Positions 45,270-55,759 are shown, counted from the stretch's first letter. The stretch: 64,000 nucleotides of DNA from Nannocystis bainbridge (GCF_028368995.1 NZ_JAQNDL010000002.1:545724-609723), one strand, 5' to 3'. Made by a program: numbers and translations. The notes: a model not told the origin generated them from the sequence alone.

Positions 45270-45323
45270 GCGCGAGGACTGTAGCGCTTGTCGTGGCGCG
45301 GGCGGGCGTGTTCAATGGGCGCG

Positions 45324-45950
45324 ATGCCAGGACGACGGGCCGACGCGTGGATCTTGCTGGGGCTGCTGCTGGGCGGGTGCGACCCGAAAGCGCAGAGAGA
45401 GCTGGAGGCGGCGCGGGAAGAGCTGGCGGCGATGTCGACGCGGCTGCGAGACCGCGGGCTCGAGATCGAGGCGCTGACGGTCGAGCTCGACAAGGTCCGG
45501 GCGGCCCGCGCAGCGTGCGAGACGGAGCGGGCCAGGCCGGTGGAGACCGACGGTGCGCCGCCCGCCGAGGCCCCGCCGGCGGGCGAGCCGCCGCCCGCGG
45601 GAGAGGCGACGCTGACGCCGATCTGCACCGACGGGGTGTGCGTGGTGAAGCGGGGCGAGATCGAGGCGTTCCTGGCCAGGCCGGAGGCGGTGGTCCGGAT
45701 GGCGCGCGTGATCCCGGCGATCGAAGCGGGCAATTCGGTCGGCTTCAAGCTGTTCGCGATCCGTCCCGAGTCGCCGCTGGCCCTGGTGGGGTTTAAAAAT
45801 GGGGACCTGGTGCGCACGGTGGGGGGGCAGGAGGTCCATGACATGGAGGCGATGCTGCGCGCCTATACGCAGCTGCGCACGCTCGACCGCTGGACGTTCA
45901 CCGGCACGCGCAAGAGCGGGCCGTTCGAGGTGACGATCGTGGTCCAGTGA
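45324..45950 (+). CDS. lipoprotein with coiled coil and C-terminal PDZ-like domain
   Basis: MPGRRADAWILLGLLLGGC, coiled-coil ELEAAREELAAMSTRLRDRGLEIEALTVELDKVRAAR, and AIEAGNSVGFKLFAIRPESPLALVGFKNGDLVRTVGGQEV. Confidence 0.6.
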   Translation: MPGRRADAWILLGLLLGGCDPKAQRELEAAREELAAMSTRLRDRGLEIEALTVELDKVRAARAACETERARPVETDGAPPAEAPPAGEPPPAGEATLTPICTDGVCVVKRGEIEAFLARPEAVVRMARVIPAIEAGNSVGFKLFAIRPESPLALVGFKNGDLVRTVGGQEVHDMEAMLRAYTQLRTLDRWTFTGTRKSGPFEVTIVVQ

Positions 45951-45986
45951 TGTCCAAAAGGACAGGCTGGCTGTTCGCAGGGACAG

Positions 45987-46214
45987 TCACCGGGCGTCGG
46001 GGTCGAACTGGAACACGGCCTCGAGCGGGACGGCGAACACGAGGGCGATCCGGAACGCGACCTCGAGCGAGGGGGCATACTTGCCGCCCTCGATGGCGTT
46101 GACGGTCTGACGACTGACGCCGATCCGCTCGGCCAGCTCCTGCTGGGTCATCTCGCCGCGCTCGAAGCGGAGCTGGCGGATCCGGTTTTTGACGCTGCCG
46201 CGCGCGGGCTCCAC
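45987..46214 (-). CDS. XRE-family helix-turn-helix transcriptional regulator (~76 aa)
   Basis: IRQLRFERGEMTQQELAERIGVSRQTVNAIEGGKYAPSLEVAFRIALVF. GTG start lies 2 nt after the stop of the upstream membrane-protein gene. Confidence 0.65.
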   Translation of the reverse strand: MEPARGSVKNRIRQLRFERGEMTQQELAERIGVSRQTVNAIEGGKYAPSLEVAFRIALVFAVPLEAVFQFDPDAR

Positions 46215-46216
46215 GG

Positions 46217-46672
46217 CTAGATCCCGCGCCGGTAGTAGACGAGCTGCAAGCCGAGGCGGGCCAGCTCCGAGAGGTACAGCGAGAGCAGCAGCAGGTGCGC
46301 GACCCACACCGGCTCGACGGCGACGACGAGGGCGCCGATGGCCCCGATGACGCCGGTGGCGAGGATCCAGCCGGTGCGGCTCTCGGCGCGCCACTCGATC
46401 TCGTGGTCGCGGACGTCGGCCGGCTCGGGACGACCGACGAGCGCGGCGACGAGGTGGCCGCCGACGAGGATCGCGACCAGGAGGACGACGGCGACGACGA
46501 ACACGCCGGCGAAGGCGGGCAAGATCGTGATGCCGCTGGCGAGCATCCAGCCGGCGACGACGAAGTAGGCACCCAGGGCGAGGGCGACGCCGACGAGCTG
46601 GATCCAGACGCTGCGCTCCTCGAACGAGGCGCCCGGGCGAGGCTCGCGGGTGACAGCTTGGCTTGACATCAT
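46217..46672 (-). CDS. small multi-TM membrane protein co-transcribed with the XRE regulator
   Basis: MMSSQAVTREPRPGASFEERSVWIQLVGVALALGAYFVVAGWMLASGITILPAFAGVFVVAVVLLVAILVGG..., with 3-4 TM helices. Confidence 0.6.
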   Translation of the reverse strand: MMSSQAVTREPRPGASFEERSVWIQLVGVALALGAYFVVAGWMLASGITILPAFAGVFVVAVVLLVAILVGGHLVAALVGRPEPADVRDHEIEWRAESRTGWILATGVIGAIGALVVAVEPVWVAHLLLLSLYLSELARLGLQLVYYRRGI

Positions 46673-46722
46673 GTCAAAGATACGCGACACGCCGGCCGTG
46701 TCAAGCCGGCTTGACATGGATC
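46660..46722 (-). promoter_or_regulatory. two perfect palindromes with TTGACA -35-like arms (TTGACAT-C-ATGTCAA over the start codon; TGTCAAGCCGGCTTGACA upstream)
   Basis: ggcttgacatcatgtcaaagatacgcgacacgccggccgtgtcaagccggcttgacatgg. Confidence 0.6.
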
Positions 46723-47173
46723 GGCAAAGGTCGCGGAACGCCTGGCCTGCAGGCGCTGGCGTCGATGCGGGCGCGAGTGAACACGGAAGTAAAGTTCGCG
46801 GAGATGTGGCACGGGGCACACAGATCTGCTCCAAGCGCGAGCGAGCGCGACGGCGCGCCTGGGCCGTGGCTCATCTCGTACAGGCGAGCGAAGTACGGTG
46901 GCTCTCGAGGGCCGCCGTACCTGACTCTTGGGGCAGGTCACATGCTGGCTCGCGGATGATGATCGGGGCGTTCACGCGGGTTGTGTTGGGTGACGCCACG
47001 CGGTGGGTCGTGGTCGCGCCGAATTGCGAGGTCGAGCCGGATGGCCCATGGGACATGTTCGTGCGGACAGGTAGCGAGCATGCAGCCGTCTCGCTACCCG
47101 TCCTACGAGGCGCAGGCGAGCCGGTGTTGGCATGACCTCGCGCTGCGGGCTCAGGCGGCGCGGGCGCGGGCGT

Positions 47174-48982
47174 TCACGCGGCGGAGGCGACGCCGAGGGT
47201 GCGGGCGAGGGCGCGGGCGACGGCGAGGGGGCGGCCCTTGAACACGCGGACGTAGGGGATCGTGCTGGCCCGGGCGGCGCGGGCGAGGATGCCGTCGATG
47301 TTGTGGGCCTGGAAGCCGGTGGCGATCAGCACGTAGTCGTAGCTGTGGCGCGAGATGCTCTCGCACTGGGCCTGGACCTTGCGGGCGTTGCCGTCGCACC
47401 AGGTGATGTCGAGGCCGAGCGACTCCTCGAGCTTGGACTTGAGGTCCGGGTCCTCGCGGTTGCTGACGAACAGGACCCGCTTGCCCTCGACCTTGGGTCG
47501 GACCTGGGCCACCAGGTGCGCGCCCGGATCGTCGACGTCGTCGTTCTCTTCCTCGGTGTCGTGGTCGCTGTCGGTCGGCAGCACGCCGAGCTCGCCGCGC
47601 TTGAGCACGTCTTGCAGGCCGGTGAGGCGGCGGCGCATGCGGCGGTCCTCGAACAGGTCGGGCCGCAGGGCGTCGATGCGCGGGCGGATCGGCTGGATCA
47701 GCGACGCGACCTCGGGGGTGTTGTGGGCGTCGAAGGCCCGGCCCAGGAAGGCCAGCAAGGTCTCGTCGTCGAAGCCGTCGACGCCGGCGAGGGCGTCGCG
47801 CTCCGCTCGCACGGCGGCCTGTTGCTGGCGCACCTGGTCGGCCGAGGGGCCGGTCTTGGCGCGCTCGGGCGGCGGGATGAAGTCGGGGTCGAGCCAGCGC
47901 CGCAATTGCGGCAGGCGCTCGCCGAGGCGCCCCGCGAGCCAGCGCAGGCGGCCCATCACGGCGCCCCAGGTCTCGGGCTCCTCGGCGGCGATAAAGCGCC
48001 GGATGTCGCGCAGCGCCTGGGCGTGCTTGACGAGCGCGTCGAGCTGGTCGTTGGGGAGCTCCTCGGGCGGCGTGGTGAGGTGCCGCGGCGGCGGGTCGGT
48101 GACGTTGCCGGCGATGGCCTCGACGGCGCGCTGGGCCTCGCGCAGGAGGGTCCGCGGCGGGCCCGGCGGGGCCTTGCGCGGGCGGTCGGCCCAGCCGTAG
48201 TCGTCGACGGGAACCTCGCTGGTCATCGCCCGCTCGCGGTGGTTCTGCACGAACTCGTGGGCCTCGGCCCAGGTCTTGGGCGCGTGCAAGGTCTTGAGCC
48301 CGAGCTCGGCGACCACACACGCGGGCACGGCATTCATCTGCAGCGCCTGGACCGAGCCGGGCCACAAGGTCTTGCTGAGGTTGGTCAGCTCGTGGGCGAT
48401 CCGCCGCACCAGCACGGTGATCTTGTGCTCGCCCTGGAACTGCTCGTCGAAGCTGCGCGCGCGCGAGATCCAGGCCAGCATGTAGACCTTTTGATAGCGC
48501 GGGGACATCAGCGCGAAGTCGGGCCGCATGTCCTGGATGTCCTTGAGGATCTCTTCGAGGGTCTCGCGCGCCTCGGCGACCGCGGCCGCGGGATAGGTCG
48601 GCAGCTGGATCCGTCCGACGATCGGGCTGCGCGGCAGCTCGGGCTCGGGCGCGGGGGCGGGCGTGGGCGTGGGCGTGGGCGTGGGCGGAGGGGGCGGGAT
48701 AACTTCGGCGGATACGGGGGCGCTGACCGGCGCGGGCTGCGGACGGGCTGGCTCCTGGGCGAGGCCGTCGCGGAAGCGATCGAACAGCTGACGCGCGGCG
48801 GCCGAGGGGAACATCTGCGTCAGCGCGTCTTCGAGGGCGCTGTCGCGGTCGGAGCCGCGGCCGAGCCAGCGCTCCGTGTCGCGCCAGATCAGCACCTCGG
48901 TCCACTGATGGGTATACGTCGCGTGGCGGTAGCCGCTGTCCGCGAGAAACTTGGGTAGCCAGCGCGCGCCGTCGTCGTGCAT
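47174..48982 (-). CDS. hypothetical protein (602 aa) with Pro-rich linker
   Basis: Natural composition. PPPPPTPTPTPTPAPAPEP linker. C-terminal KRVLFVSNREDPDLKSKLEESLGLDITWCDG...YDYVLIATGFQAHNIDGILARAARASTIPYVRV looks like a Rossmann-like fold. Confidence 0.65.
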   Translation of the reverse strand: MHDDGARWLPKFLADSGYRHATYTHQWTEVLIWRDTERWLGRGSDRDSALEDALTQMFPSAAARQLFDRFRDGLAQEPARPQPAPVSAPVSAEVIPPPPPTPTPTPTPAPAPEPELPRSPIVGRIQLPTYPAAAVAEARETLEEILKDIQDMRPDFALMSPRYQKVYMLAWISRARSFDEQFQGEHKITVLVRRIAHELTNLSKTLWPGSVQALQMNAVPACVVAELGLKTLHAPKTWAEAHEFVQNHRERAMTSEVPVDDYGWADRPRKAPPGPPRTLLREAQRAVEAIAGNVTDPPPRHLTTPPEELPNDQLDALVKHAQALRDIRRFIAAEEPETWGAVMGRLRWLAGRLGERLPQLRRWLDPDFIPPPERAKTGPSADQVRQQQAAVRAERDALAGVDGFDDETLLAFLGRAFDAHNTPEVASLIQPIRPRIDALRPDLFEDRRMRRRLTGLQDVLKRGELGVLPTDSDHDTEEENDDVDDPGAHLVAQVRPKVEGKRVLFVSNREDPDLKSKLEESLGLDITWCDGNARKVQAQCESISRHSYDYVLIATGFQAHNIDGILARAARASTIPYVRVFKGRPLAVARALARTLGVASAA

Positions 48983-49508
48983 CGCCCGTTACGCTAGTCT
49001 TTTCGCGCTGCTGCTGCAACGAAGGGACAAAATGCCGCGCGCGGCCCGAGGTCCGCGCGGGCAGGGTGAGGGCCTGCCGTGGCGGAGGCTGTTCAGCGCC
49101 GCGCGCGCCGTCGCGGACGCCGTTCGCCGCCAGTGAGGCCCGAGCAAGACGGCGTGCAGCGGTTCGGCTGCCGATGACCGCGCCGACGTCGACGCTCGAG
49201 ATGGCGCCGCGGATGAAAGTCGACTTGTCGTCAGCCAAGAAGCGACAAAGGCGAGCGATGTCGTCAGGCTCCCCCGCGCGGACGACCGGGTGTGATCGAT
49301 CAGCGACTGACAGTCCTTCTCGGGGATGCTCTCGTCCGGTGGCGGATGTGCCAGCGGCGGACGTCCCGGCAGTCACCTGTCCGGACCTCAGTCCGCTCGC
49401 TGGGGCGGGTCAGATCTGCGAGGCGGCCGGCGAGCCCCTCGACGAGGGACGCGACGCCGGCCTCGCCGCCGAGCAATGCTCGTGCACCTGCTTCGAGCGG
49501 CTGCTCGC

Positions 49509-50780
49509 TCAGCGACGGCGCGCCTGGATCGCATCGAGCGCGGCGTGTTCGTACGCGCGACCGGAGGCGGCGGCGGCGGCGTCGCCCTCGGCGAGCACGA
49601 GCGAGCCGTCGGCGAGGGCGCGGAGGATCGTGTGCGCGGGGGCGGCGATGACGTGAGCGTCCTGGGAATCGGTGGGGAGCGCGACGAACCGAACTTCGAG
49701 ATCGAGGGCCTCGCACAGAGTGTTGAGCAGGCCGATCACGGCGGGCACGTCGAGCCAGTCCGACCGGTCGCCGGCGACGATCTCGAATGTGCAGTCGGGC
49801 AGGAACGCTCGCAGGCGATAGGCGTCGCGCAGCTGATCGGGATCCGCGTCGTCGTCGTCGTCGTCGTCGTCCGACTCGACATGGGAGACCTCTTCGAACA
49901 AGACTTCGTCGAGCGCCGGCGCGACGAGGTCGGCGAGCCGGCGCAGCAGGTGATCGTGGCGGTTGGGCCAGGCGTCGGTCTCGGTGTCGAAGACGAGACC
50001 CTGGCCGATGGGCACGCCGGAGTCACTCGGAGGCGGCGCGTCGTAATCGTCGTCGTCCGCGCCGCTCGCGGGCGGCGCGGTGTGTCTCGCCAGCGCGTCG
50101 AGCAGGCACCGGCGGTTGTCGTCGTCACGCACGACCTCGAGCATCGCCTGCAGCTCGGCGGTGACGGCGGGGCGCGCCAGCCGGCCGAGCGCGCGGGCGG
50201 CGGCCGCCAGCGCGGGGTTCCAGTCGCCGGGGAGGGCCGCGTTTGCGACTGCGATCATGCGGGCGAGCGGGAGGCGCTCCAGCGAGCGCTGCGAGCCGCC
50301 GAAGTAAGCGGCGCAGGTCGGGTCGTCGACGAGCCGTGACGCGAACAGGGCGTCGAGGGTGGGTTCCGGCGGGATCCGCGGCTCGCTCGCGATGGCCTTT
50401 GCGAGGCCCGTGCGTACGCCGGGGGGAATTCCGTCGTCCGCGAGGCAGCGCGCGAGCCAGGCGGAGAGCGGGGCGAGCAGAGGCGGCTCGCGCAGGAGCT
50501 CGGCGACGATCGAACCGTACACATACCCGACGTCGCGCGCCTCGTCGGGCGCGACGGTGACGAGGGCGCGCACGAGGTCGTCGAGCGCACCGAGGTCGCC
50601 GCGGCGGATCCGGTGGGCGAGCAGACCGGTCGGTGCGTGCTGCGACGAATACGAGTCGAGCGCGGCGTGAGTGGTGGCGAGTTCCAGGTCGAGCCGCGGG
50701 GCCCGTCCCGGGGTCGGCTGGACTTCGAGGTACAGGAACGGGGAATCGTGCTCGCGGCGGATCGGGGTCGGCTCGTCCAC
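49509..50780 (-). CDS. hypothetical protein (423 aa) with poly-Asp tract
   Basis: Natural composition. The D8 run is encoded by a (GTC)8 repeat on the forward strand near 49845-49870. Confidence 0.6.
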   Translation of the reverse strand: MDEPTPIRREHDSPFLYLEVQPTPGRAPRLDLELATTHAALDSYSSQHAPTGLLAHRIRRGDLGALDDLVRALVTVAPDEARDVGYVYGSIVAELLREPPLLAPLSAWLARCLADDGIPPGVRTGLAKAIASEPRIPPEPTLDALFASRLVDDPTCAAYFGGSQRSLERLPLARMIAVANAALPGDWNPALAAAARALGRLARPAVTAELQAMLEVVRDDDNRRCLLDALARHTAPPASGADDDDYDAPPPSDSGVPIGQGLVFDTETDAWPNRHDHLLRRLADLVAPALDEVLFEEVSHVESDDDDDDDDADPDQLRDAYRLRAFLPDCTFEIVAGDRSDWLDVPAVIGLLNTLCEALDLEVRFVALPTDSQDAHVIAAPAHTILRALADGSLVLAEGDAAAAASGRAYEHAALDAIQARRR

Positions 50781-50894
50781 GGACCGAGGGTACTGCGATC
50801 CGCGGATTGTGCGAAGGCGCCCGGGGTCACGAATCGCGCCGGCATTGCATTGGTGCGCTGACGCGTCCGCCGGCTTGTGGCACCCTCATCGAGG

Positions 50895-51602
50895 ATGCGG
50901 CGGCGATGGGTCCACCTCTCGAGGTGCGCGACGATCCTCGCCGGCTGCGGTGCGTGCACGCGGCCGACCGTGAGCCGTCCGCCCGTGGTCGCGTCGGAGA
51001 GCCGCCCGATCGAGCCGCGCGTCGATGTCGACGACGTGAACGCTGATGGCGCCGCGGCTGCCGAAGCAGAGCCGGAGCGTCACGGCAAGGTCGTGAGGTT
51101 GGACCCACCCGAGCCGCCCGCGCGCGACGAGTACGACGTCTGGGGCGACGTCGAAGGCACGCCGGTCGGCGAGGTCTACGGCGCCGGCGGGCTCGGCTGC
51201 CCTCGCGGAGTCGAGCCGTCGCCTCCCTCTTCGACGCGGCACGGTCGTCGGCCCGTCGCGCGCTTGCGGTCGCTCGAGGCCGAGGGCGCACTGTCCCACG
51301 GCGCGGCCTCGTCGAGCTTCCGCGGGCGCGCCGACAGCCTCCGCGATTGTCAACTCGCGGCCATGGAGGAGCAGCCGGAGCTCGCCGGACGGCTGCGCTT
51401 GCGAATCGACATCGGCGCCGACGGACGCGTGCTCACGGCCGCGAGCGACGGGCTCGATGCGATCGCCGGCTGCGTCCGCGAGGTCGCGCTGCGCTGGCGG
51501 TTCGCACCGGCGGACGCGGGCTCGCGGATCGCCGCAGAGTTCGACCTGCGCACCGAACCCGCCGCGCCCGAGCGTCCGCGACCGCCTTCCTGTCGGAGGT
51601 GA
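50895..51602 (+). CDS. lipoprotein with TonB C-terminal-like domain
   Basis: Lipobox ILAGCGAC. C-terminal LRLRIDIGADGRVLTAASDGLDAIAGCVREVALRWRFAPA fits a TonB-C fold. Confidence 0.6.
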   Translation: MRRRWVHLSRCATILAGCGACTRPTVSRPPVVASESRPIEPRVDVDDVNADGAAAAEAEPERHGKVVRLDPPEPPARDEYDVWGDVEGTPVGEVYGAGGLGCPRGVEPSPPSSTRHGRRPVARLRSLEAEGALSHGAASSSFRGRADSLRDCQLAAMEEQPELAGRLRLRIDIGADGRVLTAASDGLDAIAGCVREVALRWRFAPADAGSRIAAEFDLRTEPAAPERPRPPSCRR

Positions 51603-51832
51603 TGCGCTCCGTCCGCCGCTCGTCGCGCCCCGCCGAGCCGGCCCCGCGCGATCACCAGAGCCCCACGGGGATAGCCCCACCGCGCCCGGGCTGCATGCCC
51701 GCGCCGCGGACGCGAGGTGGGCAGGCGGGCTTTGGGTGGCCGCCTGCGAGCGCAGCCCCGCGCAACCTCACGCTCTCGGGCTGGCCTTTGGTGCAGGCGA
51801 CCCTCGCGGCCTCTCGGTACGCTCGCCGCCCC

Positions 51833-52612
51833 ATGACAAGCACCAATTCACCGCGGATCGCCATCGTCACCGGCGGCGGCAACGGCATCGGCCGGGCCAC
51901 TGCCCTCATGCTCGCCGAGGCCGGCTATGCCGTCGCCGTGTGGGACCTGGCCGAACAGGCAACCGAGGAGGTCGTCTCCGCGATCACGGCCGCGGGCGGC
52001 GTCGCCATCGCGCGCAAGGTCGACGTCAGCAAGCCGGAGGACTGCGCCGCCGGGGCCGCCGCGGTGGTCGAGCGGTTCGGCCGGATCGACGTCCTGATCA
52101 ACAACGCCGGCGTCGTGCGCGACGGCCAGCTGGTCAAGGTCAAGGACGGCCAGGTCGTCGGCCAGATGAGCGCCGAGCAATTCCAGTTCGTCCTCGATGT
52201 CTGCCTCAAGGGCGTGTTCAACTGCACCCAGGCGGTCGTGCCGACGATGATCGCGCAGAAGTACGGCCGGATTGTGAGCACCAGCTCGGTGGTGGCGCTG
52301 TACGGCAACTTCGGCCAGACCAACTACGTCGCGGCCAAGGCCGGCGTGATCGGCATGACGCGCGTGTGGGCGCGCGAGCTCGGCCGCTACGGCATCACCG
52401 CCAACGCGATCGCGCCGGGTTTCATCGCTACGGCGATGGTGCAGAGCATGCCGGAGAAGGTCCTGCAGTCGATGATCGACCACACCCCGGTCGGCCGCGC
52501 GGGTCAGCCGGACGACATCGCCCGGGCCTTCGCCTTCCTCGCCGACGAGAAGTCGAGCTTCATCAACGGCGCGGTCCTCAGCGTCGACGGCGGCTCGGTC
52601 CTCGGGACCTGA
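51833..52612 (+). CDS. SDR-family oxidoreductase, 3-oxoacyl-ACP reductase (FabG)-like
   Basis: IVTGGGNGIGRA, NNAG, YVAAKAG and PGFIATAM. Confidence 0.85.
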   Translation: MTSTNSPRIAIVTGGGNGIGRATALMLAEAGYAVAVWDLAEQATEEVVSAITAAGGVAIARKVDVSKPEDCAAGAAAVVERFGRIDVLINNAGVVRDGQLVKVKDGQVVGQMSAEQFQFVLDVCLKGVFNCTQAVVPTMIAQKYGRIVSTSSVVALYGNFGQTNYVAAKAGVIGMTRVWARELGRYGITANAIAPGFIATAMVQSMPEKVLQSMIDHTPVGRAGQPDDIARAFAFLADEKSSFINGAVLSVDGGSVLGT

Positions 52613-53339
52613 GCGCGCCCGTCGAGGACGCCGGCGCGCCGTCGATGCGATGGCGCGCGGCGCTGCGGGGTGTCGCTCGCCCCGCGCTGAGCCGCACGAG
52701 GGATCGTTCCGGTTCACGCGGGCTGCGAACTCAAGGCGGTGTCGAGGCCGGCCCACAACTGTACGGCGCGCGGCGAGGGCAGGCCGAGCGCGACGAGCTT
52801 TGCCTGCTCCGATGCTTCGGCGGCGGTCCGCCGCACGGTAGCGACCGCGAGCCGGCCGGTGAAGTCGAGCTGTCCGATGAGCCAGGCGTCGAACATTCGC
52901 GGGCGAGCTCGCAGATCAGCGCATTCCGTAAACGACACTGCCGGTGGTGCTGCCGCCGGCAGACACGGAATCACCAGAGTCTGTGGTCGTGGCGCCCATG
53001 ACGGTGGAATCCATGGTGCCCGAATCGGTGGAGGTGCTCGTGTTCGCGGTGGGGGAATCCGTGGTGTCGAATCGGTAGAGGTGCTCGTCCGGGGCAGGCG
53101 TGCGCGCGGAAGCCCGAGGGCACCCGACCTCGATTCGTCGCGCAAGCGAGCTGCCAGGGCAAGTCCGAGCAAAAAATCGTGACGAGCATGGCGAGAGCAT
53201 GGCCGCGCGGAGCGGGCTGTCAGGTTGCCGGGAAGGGTCGGGTAAGGGCGCCGGTGAGCCCTCGCCAGGGTCGCGGAGAATGAGGGCTCGGATCCGCTGC
53301 GCTGGTCTTCGCAGACAAATCGGATTATCGTGCGAGGCG

Positions 53340-53516
53340 ATGGCATTTCCGACCGCAGTCAACGCTCAGATCACCGACGAACTCGTTCAGACGGCCCTCC
53401 GCGCGGGCGTCGAGCAAGACACCGCCCGCAAAGTCGTCGAGTCGATCCTCGATCACCTGGCGAGCCGGGACGTCCTGCTCAGGGAAGGCAGCCCCACGCC
53501 TCAGGCCGCGGATTAG
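53340..53516 (+). CDS. possible small protein (58 aa)
   Basis: MAFPTAVNAQITDELVQTALRAGVEQDTARKVVESILDHLASRDVLL lies 115 bp upstream of the secreted-protein gene. Support is weak. Confidence 0.25.
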   Translation: MAFPTAVNAQITDELVQTALRAGVEQDTARKVVESILDHLASRDVLLREGSPTPQAAD

Positions 53517-53629
53517 CGCATGAAGGCGCCGAGCAGGCGCGAGCGACCGAACGCCCGGCCTGCGGGCCGGGCGGTCCTGAGCGCGGATGGACCAGCCGCG
53601 GCCGACGCGGGCGTGATAGAGGTGAGAAA

Positions 53630-55054
53630 ATGCCTCGACTGTTTGCGCCCGCCCTGGTGATCGCGTCGTGTCTGTTCTCGAGTCCCGCCTGGGCCGTGCA
53701 GACCGACACCGAATTGGTCTGTCTACTGGTCGGAAAGGACTATCACAACGGGACCGATCCGACGTCGGCGCATCAGCCGGACCTGCGGCTGTTCGGCACC
53801 GACCTCGGGTTCTCGTTCCGCCACGACGACAGCGTGGTGATGCTGTTCGGCGACACGTGGATCGAGGAGGACTTCATTTGCGAGCCGCCGAGCTTCACCG
53901 ACGATTCGCTGGCGTTCATCGACCTCGCGGAGGACGACGACCCGGAGGATTGCCTCGACCTGGTGTTCCCGACCGACCTCGCCGACGTGCCGCTGCCGAT
54001 CGAGGTGTGGCAGTCGGGCGTGCTGCAGAACATGGGGCCGCTGCGCACGCCGCTGACGGGCTTCAGCGATGGGCGCCAACTATACGGGATGTTCACCGGC
54101 GACGCGCAGACGTGCCTGGCGGCGCCGGTGTGCCCGGAGGGCCTGACCTGCGTGGGCGGTCTGTGCGGCGACGCGACGAGCTCGCAGGCGGGGTTCGGGA
54201 CGCTGGCGTTTCGCGTCAAGATCGCGTCGGCGACATCGTCGAACCCGACGGTGTTCAACGTCGGCCACGAGTGGCCGACCAACAAGTTCGTCAACCCGAC
54301 CAGCCGCGCGATCGGGGCGCTCGACGAGCGAGATCCGGACAACAACGACTACGAGCCCGGCGAGGAGCCGGACGAGCTGCTGGTGTGGGGGCGACCGGGG
54401 TTCGCGGCCGCGGGCACGGGCACGGCGGATCTTTACCTGCTGCATCACCCGCTGAGCACGCTGAACGGGCCGGGCACGACCATCAATTGGACGCCGCGTT
54501 ACTTCGCGGGGATGAGCGGGTCGGTGCCGACGTGGTCGTCGACGCAGACGGACGCGGTGCCGGTGATCGCGCTGGAGGATGTCGATCCGGTGCTTCACTC
54601 GTCGGTGGCGTATGTGCCGGCGATCCAGAAGTGGGTGCTGCTTTACAGCGGGCGGTGGCCGGGCACGGCGTCGACGCCGACGACGGGGGTGTACATGCGC
54701 ACGGCGCCGCACCCGTGGGGTCCGTGGAGCGAGGCGGACCTGATCTGGCACGCGGTCGACGACGGGGCCTACGATTGCCCGGGCGGGTTCATGTACGACG
54801 AAGAGAGCGTCGGGATGTCCTGCACGCCGACCGATCCGTATCGACCGGGTGCGTTCGAAGCGTGCCCCGCGGAGTCGGCGGATCCGAACGGGGACCTCGG
54901 GGTCGAGTACGGGATCAACATCCTCGACACGTTCACCGCGAGCGGCATGGCCATCGACACGGCGACGATCTACTGGAACCTCTCGACGTGGAACCCGTAC
55001 CGCGTGGTGCTGATGAAGACGGACCTCGACGACAGCGTGATCATCCCGCCGTGA
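53630..55054 (+). CDS. secreted hypothetical protein (475 aa)
   Basis: Signal MPRLFAPALVIASCLFSSPAWA, VMLFGDTWIEEDF, and several Cys pairs. GC is slightly below the window average. Confidence 0.7.
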   Translation: MPRLFAPALVIASCLFSSPAWAVQTDTELVCLLVGKDYHNGTDPTSAHQPDLRLFGTDLGFSFRHDDSVVMLFGDTWIEEDFICEPPSFTDDSLAFIDLAEDDDPEDCLDLVFPTDLADVPLPIEVWQSGVLQNMGPLRTPLTGFSDGRQLYGMFTGDAQTCLAAPVCPEGLTCVGGLCGDATSSQAGFGTLAFRVKIASATSSNPTVFNVGHEWPTNKFVNPTSRAIGALDERDPDNNDYEPGEEPDELLVWGRPGFAAAGTGTADLYLLHHPLSTLNGPGTTINWTPRYFAGMSGSVPTWSSTQTDAVPVIALEDVDPVLHSSVAYVPAIQKWVLLYSGRWPGTASTPTTGVYMRTAPHPWGPWSEADLIWHAVDDGAYDCPGGFMYDEESVGMSCTPTDPYRPGAFEACPAESADPNGDLGVEYGINILDTFTASGMAIDTATIYWNLSTWNPYRVVLMKTDLDDSVIIPP

Positions 55055-55147
55055 GCCGGCGAGCGCGGTGAGCCTTTCGCGGCGACTGCGAAAAAAAATC
55101 GAAGAATTTTGGATCGGGCGGGCGGCCAGCTCACCTATCCCCTTTGC

Positions 55148-55759
55148 ATGAAGACCATCCTGACCGCCTCGCTCTTCGCTGCGTCCCTGGCCTACGGCCA
55201 GCTCCCGGGGCGTGATTCCGACCTGGGCCCGGAGCGCGACGCCGGGTCCGAAGCGCGCCTCCACGCTCCGGAGCCCGCCAGGGCGTCCGCGGAGGCGCCG
55301 CAGGGGAACCAACCCGGCAGCCTCTGCATCATGCCGGGGGTATCCGCGAGCGTGGCGAAGGCCAACCCGGGCACCCAGTACCCTCTGGGCGGAATGAGAC
55401 CGCCCGCCGTGTCATGCCACGACAACAAGGGCAAGCACGCCGTCGGGTACCACTTCAAGCTCTACGTCGGCCCGGGCACCGACTGGCCCGACGCCGTCTG
55501 CAGAGTCGACTACCTCCACAAGCCCGAGGAGCTCACGAGCGCGTGCTGGAACGCCTGCATCGAGCAGAAGAAAGCTTGTTACGCGAAGTTCAGCGGCAAA
55601 AAGGGCAAGCAGCAATGCGATGAGCAACTCATTGCATGCAAGGCCGTCAACGACTCGAAGAAGCACCCGGCCATCCTTCAAGAGCGTTCGAACAGTTTCT
55701 GCAAGCAGCCGGCGCCACCATTCCCGCAGCCGCCGGCGCTCACGGTGACCCCGCCGTAG
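55148..55759 (+). CDS. small secreted Cys/Lys-rich protein in a low-GC segment
   Basis: Signal MKTILTASLFAASLAYGQ, 8 Cys, and a K-rich C-terminal half. A/T-ending codons (aaa, caa, tgt, ttc) are atypical for this genome. An AT-rich leader gcgaaaaaaaatcgaagaattttgg precedes it. Confidence 0.65.
   Translation: MKTILTASLFAASLAYGQLPGRDSDLGPERDAGSEARLHAPEPARASAEAPQGNQPGSLCIMPGVSASVAKANPGTQYPLGGMRPPAVSCHDNKGKHAVGYHFKLYVGPGTDWPDAVCRVDYLHKPEELTSACWNACIEQKKACYAKFSGKKGKQQCDEQLIACKAVNDSKKHPAILQERSNSFCKQPAPPFPQPPALTVTPP

Noticed and set aside
52971-53189. His-rich 72-aa minus ORF (HHGFPHREHEHLHRFGHHGFHRHGRHDH)
   Set aside because: It lies on a 54-bp tandem repeat. All three minus frames are open and none has convincing start context. 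It is kept only as a curiosity inside the repeat finding.
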